Positions 44,838-49,880 of a DNA stretch of 49,880 bases are shown piece after piece; position 1 is the first letter of the stretch, and every line of letters begins with the position of its first letter. Source of the stretch: Actinomycetes bacterium. Its GTDB lineage: Bacteria > Actinomycetota > Acidimicrobiia > Acidimicrobiales > Bog-793. Below the pieces are notes generated by a model. The model had not been told where the DNA came from. It saw nothing but the letters and a program-made list of their open reading frames with translations, and did no database searches. The stretch lies in contig JAKACA010000003.1 of assembly GCA_021796455.1 (NCBI GenBank), positions 1 through 49,880 on the forward strand. The letters are read 5' to 3'. Both the position numbers and the translations under genes were made by a program.

Positions 44838-44915
44838 GGAAGTGATCGTAGAGGAACGCTGTGTCAAGACCGGGTCGCAGCAGATGGCTCGCGTCCCAGC
44901 TGACATACTCCGGAG
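44838..44915. promoter_or_regulatory. Back-to-back leaderless-type promoters for addB and hutH
   Basis: Minus strand: TACGAT (44845-44850), 7 nt, GTG 44837. Plus strand: CATACT (44904-44909), 6 nt, ATG 44916. Confidence 0.5.
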
Positions 44916-46490
44916 ATGAGCGACGCGGCCGTGCACGGAGACGACACGACACTTGAGGGCGACGATGCGATCTGCCTCGGCGAGACGCTCACCATCTCAG
45001 ATGTCGTCGCGATCGCCAACGGTGCTCCCGCAAAGCTGAGCGAGGGAGCTCACTTGCGCATCGAGGCCTCGCGCGCGACCGTCGAACGCGCCGTGGCCTC
45101 GGGGGCAGTCGTCTACGGGGTGACCACCGGCTTTGGCAGCCTTGCCGAAGTCCGCCTCGACCCCACCGATGCAGACCGCCTTCAGCACTCCTTGCTCCGT
45201 ACCCATGCCGTCGCCGTCGGTCCGGAGCTGAGTGCCATGGAGGTGCGGGCCATGCTCGTACTGCGAGCCCACGTGCTCGGACTCGGCTACTCGGGGGTCC
45301 GAAGGGAGCTGGCAGAGCGGTTCGTCGACATGCTTCGCCTGGGGATACTTCCGGTCGTGCCCGAGCAGGGCTCGCTCGGGGCGTCGGGCGACCTGGCACC
45401 TCTCGCGCACCTGGCTCTCGGCGCGCTAGGAGAGGGACGGGTGCATTATTCCGGTTCCGAGATGACCTCGGCGGAAGCACTCGCGAGGTGCGGCTTGGCG
45501 CCCATCAAGCTGAAGGCAAAGGAGGGGCTGGCACTCATAAACGGCACCCAGGGCATGACCGCGATCGGCGCCCTTGCCGCGGACCGAGCTCGGACCCTTT
45601 CAAAGACCGCCGACGTCGCGGCGGCACTTACGATCGAGGGCATCCTCGGGACCGACCGCGCCTTCGATCTACGTGTCATATCTCTGCGCCCTCATCCCGG
45701 CCAGCAGGCCGCGGCGGACAACCTCCTACGCCTCCTTAGCGGCTCGGAGATCCTTGCCTCGCATCTCCACAGCCGCCACATCGTCCAGGACGCCTACTCG
45801 ATCCGGTGCACGCCGCAGGTGCACGGCGCCTTTCGCGACGTGCTCGCCAACACCGTCGAGACACTCGAGTACGAGCTGGCGGCGGTATCGGACAATCCCA
45901 TCGTGCTCAGTGAGGACGACGAGATCATCTCGTGCGGCAACTTCCACGGCCAGCCTGTCGCCCACGCGTGCGATTCCCTCGCGGCGGCAAGCGTCAGCCT
46001 TGCCTCGATCTCCGAGCGGCGCCTCTACCGGCTTCTCGATCCGAAGACGTCCAACGGCCTGCCGCCCTTCCTCGTCGAGGACGCCGGTGTCAACTCTGGC
46101 TTCATGGTATGCCAGTACACCGCAGCGTCGCTCGTATCGGAGTCGAAGAGCCTCGCCCATCCCGCTGCGGTCGACTCGATAACCTCTTCGGCCGGACAGG
46201 AGGACCACGTGAGCATGGGGATGATCGCCGCTCGGCACGCCCGGCAGTGCATCGGCAATGCGGAGGCCGTAGTGGCAATGGAGGTCCTGGCCGCAACCCA
46301 GGCGTGCGACTTGCGCTCCCCGTTGCGACCATCGCCCGCCTCGGCCGCGGTCGTTGGCACCGTGCGACGAGCTATCGCGCACTTACGCGAAGACCGACTG
46401 CTCAAGCCAGATGTCGACGCAGCTATCGAGCTCGTATCGAGCGGTGCCCTCGTCGACGCGGTGGAGCAAGAGATCGGGCCGCTCAGATGA
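44916..46490 (+). CDS. hutH: Histidine ammonia-lyase
   Basis: [29 protein letters not shown] (MIO-forming ASG), [31 protein letters not shown]. Confidence 0.95.
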   Translation: MSDAAVHGDDTTLEGDDAICLGETLTISDVVAIANGAPAKLSEGAHLRIEASRATVERAVASGAVVYGVTTGFGSLAEVRLDPTDADRLQHSLLRTHAVAVGPELSAMEVRAMLVLRAHVLGLGYSGVRRELAERFVDMLRLGILPVVPEQGSLGASGDLAPLAHLALGALGEGRVHYSGSEMTSAEALARCGLAPIKLKAKEGLALINGTQGMTAIGALAADRARTLSKTADVAAALTIEGILGTDRAFDLRVISLRPHPGQQAAADNLLRLLSGSEILASHLHSRHIVQDAYSIRCTPQVHGAFRDVLANTVETLEYELAAVSDNPIVLSEDDEIISCGNFHGQPVAHACDSLAAASVSLASISERRLYRLLDPKTSNGLPPFLVEDAGVNSGFMVCQYTAASLVSESKSLAHPAAVDSITSSAGQEDHVSMGMIAARHARQCIGNAEAVVAMEVLAATQACDLRSPLRPSPASAAVVGTVRRAIAHLREDRLLKPDVDAAIELVSSGALVDAVEQEIGPLR

Positions 46491-48178
46491 CCGGGATGCT
46501 CGAAAGCCATGGCCCGCGAGTCGTGCGCGCCGCGCGCGGAGCAACTCTGAGCTGTCGCGGCTGGCCGCAGGAGGCTGCCCTGAGGATGCTCATGAACAAC
46601 CTCGACCCCGCAGTCGCCGAGCGACCAGACGACCTCGTCGTCTACGGCGGCAGCGGGCGCGCCGCTCGCTCGTGGCGGGCCTTCGACACGATCGTGGCAA
46701 CACTTCGTCAGCTTGCGGGCGACGAGACTCTCCTCGTCCAGTCCGGCAAGCCAGTAGGGGTGTTCCGGACCCACGAGTGGGCCCCGCGCGTGCTCATCGC
46801 GAACTCCCTCCTCGTGCCCGACTGGGCCACACCCGAAGAGTTCCGGCGCCTCGATGCCGCCGGCCTCACGATGTATGGACAGATGACAGCCGGTAGTTGG
46901 ATCTACATCGGCACCCAGGGCATCTTGCAGGGGACATACGAGACCTTTGCCGCCGTCGCGGCAGCCCGCTTCGGTGGGACCCTCGCCGGTCGGATCGTTC
47001 TCACGGCTGGTCTCGGAGGGATGGGAGGCGCGCAGCCTCTGGCCGTGACGATGAACGGGGGCGTGGCCCTGTGTGTGGAGGTCGACCGCGGGCGGGCGCA
47101 GCGGCGCCTCGAGACCCGCTACGTGGATGTCGTCTCCGACTCGACCGCAAAGGCCACGGCCCTGGCCCTCGAGGCCGCCCGCGACCGGCGGCCCCTGTCC
47201 ATAGCCCTGATCGGCAATGCCGCCGAGGTGCTGCCACAGCTTCTCTCGTCCGACTTCCCGGCCGACGTGGTGACAGATCAGACCTCCGCGCACGACACCA
47301 CCTCATATGTTCCTGCGGGTCTATCCCTTGACGACGCCGGGTCCCTCCGCGAGGCAGACCCTGCCGAGTACATCCGGCGCGCGAAGGCCAGCATGGCGGT
47401 CCACGTCGAAGCGATGGTGGGTTTCCTGGACAGGGGCGCAGAGGTCTTCGACTACGGCAACGGCATCCGCGCGGAAGCACTCGGGGAAGGTTTCGAGCGG
47501 GCTTTCGCCTTCCCCGGGTTCGTACCTGCCTATATTCGGCCGCTCTTTTGCGAAGGAAAGGGCCCCTTCCGCTGGGCCGCGCTCTCGGGAGACGCATCCG
47601 ATATCGGGGCGACCGACCAAGCGGTCATCGCCGAGTTCCCCGAAGCCGAGGATCTCTTGCGCTGGTTGAGACTCGCCGAGGACAAAGTTGCTTACCAGGG
47701 GCTGCCGGCGCGCATCTGCTGGCTCGGCTATGGAGAGCGGCACCGGGCGGGACTGGCTTTCAACGATCTTGTCGCCTCGGGAGCGGTCGCGGCCCCGATC
47801 GTGATTGGCCGCGACCATCTCGACTCGGGCTCGGTTGCCTCGCCTTACCGGGAGACCGAAGCCATGGCCGACGGCAGCGACGCGATCGCCGACTGGCCGA
47901 TCCTCAACGCTCTGCTCAACACCGCGAGTGGCGCAACATGGGTGAGCGTTCACCACGGCGGCGGGGTCGGCATAGGACGTTCCATCCACTCCGGCACCGT
48001 CGCCGTCGCCGACGGCACTGCGCTAGCGGCTGAGAAGCTCACCCGCATGCTCACAAATGACCCCGGAACTGGCGTCATGCGACATGCCGATGCCGGCTAC
48101 GCGACCGCTCGCGAGGTGGCCCGCGAGCGCGGCCTGTGGCTGCCGTCCGAGGAGATCGGCGGTCCGGAGCACTCGTGA
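46487..48178 (+). CDS. hutU: Urocanate hydratase
   Basis: [66 protein letters not shown]; ATG 46487 overlaps the hutH stop. Confidence 0.97.
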   Translation: MTGMLESHGPRVVRAARGATLSCRGWPQEAALRMLMNNLDPAVAERPDDLVVYGGSGRAARSWRAFDTIVATLRQLAGDETLLVQSGKPVGVFRTHEWAPRVLIANSLLVPDWATPEEFRRLDAAGLTMYGQMTAGSWIYIGTQGILQGTYETFAAVAAARFGGTLAGRIVLTAGLGGMGGAQPLAVTMNGGVALCVEVDRGRAQRRLETRYVDVVSDSTAKATALALEAARDRRPLSIALIGNAAEVLPQLLSSDFPADVVTDQTSAHDTTSYVPAGLSLDDAGSLREADPAEYIRRAKASMAVHVEAMVGFLDRGAEVFDYGNGIRAEALGEGFERAFAFPGFVPAYIRPLFCEGKGPFRWAALSGDASDIGATDQAVIAEFPEAEDLLRWLRLAEDKVAYQGLPARICWLGYGERHRAGLAFNDLVASGAVAAPIVIGRDHLDSGSVASPYRETEAMADGSDAIADWPILNALLNTASGATWVSVHHGGGVGIGRSIHSGTVAVADGTALAAEKLTRMLTNDPGTGVMRHADAGYATAREVARERGLWLPSEEIGGPEHS

Positions 48179-49680
48179 CAACTGAACGCTCGCCGGCACC
48201 ACCGGCTGCTGAGGGCGGAATGCTGTGGGCAGAGCGGGCCTGGCTCGGGGACGAGACGGGTTTCGCTTCCTTTGTGCTCATATCCCACGACTCCTCGGGG
48301 CTGATCACCGATGTGCAGACCGGTCGTGAGCTTGGGTCGTGCCCCGGGGCCGTCCGCCTTGGCGGCGACTTGTGCATACCCGGTTTCGTGAACGCCCACT
48401 CGCACGCCTTTCACCGAGCGCTCCGAGGGGTGAGCGAGACGGCTTCCGGATCCTTTTGGACATGGCGGGATCTCATGTACAAGGTCGCCGGCGTGCTCGA
48501 CCCCGACTCCTACCGGGAGCTGGCGACGCTCGTCTATGTGGAGATGCTGCTCGCCGGCTACACCGCCGTAGGCGAGTTCCATTATCTGCACCATGGCCCC
48601 AACGGGGCTCCATACGACGATCGAAACGAGATGGGGCGCTCCGTCACCTCCGCAGCTCGTGCCGCGGGCATAAGATTGACCCTGCTCGACGCGTGCTACC
48701 TGCAGGCCGGTGTCGACGGCACGCCGCTTTCGGGCGTACAGCTGCGTTTTGGCGACGGCTCAGGTGGGGCCTGGTCTGAGCGCGTTTCGAGCTTGCTCGA
48801 GTCCGACCTCGCGACCGGACCGGGCAACCTCGCCCGCTTCGGCGTCGCCGCCCACAGCGTCCGCGCCACTCCACCGCAGGCGATCAAGACCGTGGCCGCC
48901 CTGGCCGCATCGGAGGATCTGCCGCTCCATGTCCACCTGTCGGAGCAGAGGCAGGAGAACGAGGAGTGCCTCAAAGTGCTCGGCCTCACTCCCGCAGACC
49001 TGCTGCACGACTGCGGTGCCCTTACGAGTCGCACGACTGCCGTGCACGCCACCCACCTGACGACCAGGGATCTCGGACGGCTCGGGCTCGCATCCTGTGG
49101 AGTGTGTGCCTGCCCCACTACCGAGCGTGACCTGGGCGATGGAATCAGCCCTTACCTGGAGCTTTCGGACGCAGGAGCGGTGCTGTCCATCGGCAGCGAC
49201 AGTCATGCCGTCATCGATCCGTTCGAGGAGACGCGCGCGATCGAGCTCGACGAGCGGCTCTCGAGCGAGCGCCGCGGGATGTGGAAAGTGGTCCCCCTCC
49301 TCGCGGCCGGCACCTCGGGCGGCTCGAGAGCGCTCGGATGGCCCGCCGGGGGGATCCAAGTGGGAGCGGCGGCAGACATCGTGGGCATCAGCTTTGAGTC
49401 GCTGCGTATGGCGGGCCGGCTGGCAGCAGGTGAGCCGCGCGGAGGAGCCGGCGCCTCCATCTCCGGCGGCGGGGATGCCGCGCAAGCTCCTCGCCGCGCC
49501 GGAGGCGAGGAGCTTCTCGCCCGCATCCTCTTCGCCGCGTCGCCGTCTGAGGTCGACACGGTGGCAGTCGCGGGCCGCGTCCTCGTAGAGGGCGGCGAGC
49601 ATGTGACGCTCGGCCCGTCACGAGCTCTCGCGCAGCGTCTCAGCCGCTCGATCCACGCTGCTCTGGACGCTACGAGCTAA
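48175..49680 (+). CDS. hutF: Formimidoylglutamate deiminase
   Basis: [49 protein letters not shown]; GTG 48175 overlaps the hutU stop. Confidence 0.93.
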   Translation: MTTERSPAPPAAEGGMLWAERAWLGDETGFASFVLISHDSSGLITDVQTGRELGSCPGAVRLGGDLCIPGFVNAHSHAFHRALRGVSETASGSFWTWRDLMYKVAGVLDPDSYRELATLVYVEMLLAGYTAVGEFHYLHHGPNGAPYDDRNEMGRSVTSAARAAGIRLTLLDACYLQAGVDGTPLSGVQLRFGDGSGGAWSERVSSLLESDLATGPGNLARFGVAAHSVRATPPQAIKTVAALAASEDLPLHVHLSEQRQENEECLKVLGLTPADLLHDCGALTSRTTAVHATHLTTRDLGRLGLASCGVCACPTTERDLGDGISPYLELSDAGAVLSIGSDSHAVIDPFEETRAIELDERLSSERRGMWKVVPLLAAGTSGGSRALGWPAGGIQVGAAADIVGISFESLRMAGRLAAGEPRGGAGASISGGGDAAQAPRRAGGEELLARILFAASPSEVDTVAVAGRVLVEGGEHVTLGPSRALAQRLSRSIHAALDATS

Positions 49681-49880
49681 TGGGCGAGCTCACCATCATC
49701 TCCTCGATAGGACGCCTCTTCACGGCCGGCGCAGCCGGGGTCGTGGAGAACGCTGCTGTCGTGATTCGAGACGGCACCATCTCCTTCGCCGGTCCCGAAG
49801 CGTTGCTGGCCGAGCATCTCGTTGGCATAAGGAGCGACGGGACCGAGGTAGATCTGAAGGGCGCGCTCGTAACCCCGGGG
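49680..49880 (+). CDS. hutI: Imidazolonepropionase, 5' fragment truncated by the window end
   Basis: TAATG overlap with hutF; [15 protein letters not shown]...AVVIRDGTISFAG...VDLKGALVTPG is an amidohydrolase N-terminus; hut context. Confidence 0.75.
   Translation, partial: MGELTIISSIGRLFTAGAAGVVENAAVVIRDGTISFAGPEALLAEHLVGIRSDGTEVDLKGALVTPG

Noticed and set aside
45932-46486. 185-aa N-terminal extension on HutU in the ORF track
   Set aside because: It lies inside hutH in another frame; the ATG at 46487 overlapping the hutH stop gives a normal-length urocanase.
44916-46490. Phenylalanine/tyrosine ammonia-lyase or aminomutase
   Set aside because: The LRTHA specificity loop has the HAL-type His, and the gene is coupled to hutU-hutF-hutI.

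Overview
High-GC actinobacterial chromosome segment. The MDMPI-family gene, BldD homolog, three-gene transhydrogenase and leaderless-type promoters point to Actinomycetota; Acidimicrobiia is my inference and is not tested. Left to right it carries: an MDMPI-family gene and a GH38 alpha-mannosidase; a minus-strand run icmA-like mutase > Ig-repeat secreted protein > ferredoxin > gltX > YdcF > tRNA-Gln(CTG) > lipoprotein > hisS; pntAA-pntAB-pntB; a divergent PIN/TRAM and GH18 pair; a 1797-aa Ser/Thr kinase-STAND ATPase-TPR-2xGAF-GGDEF protein followed by a second GGDEF protein; rpsT; lepA-hrcA-dnaJ-rsmE-[bldD-hemW-Xis/BldC-like HTH]-hinT-phoH-ybeY-hemolysin/CorC-era; a minus-strand addB-addA-(DNA methyltransferase relic)-dinG cluster; and hutH-hutU-hutF-hutI (truncated). 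The best candidate for an undescribed system is a c-di-GMP circuit. Two diguanylate cyclases, one gated by an NLR-like kinase-STAND module and lacking the I-site, lie about 6 kb from a BldD homolog with an intact RxD-X8-RxxD c-di-GMP-binding signature. A 12-bp motif is shared by the upstream regions of bldD and the giant cyclase. Other oddities: hemW has no canonical start codon (probable CTG overlapping the bldD stop), a 13-codon Dam/FokI-type methyltransferase remnant is coupled to addA, and short tandem repeats are unusually frequent, several of them duplicating stop codons. No CRISPR array, transposase, integrase or rRNA was seen. All family assignments come from motif recognition by eye; no database search was run.
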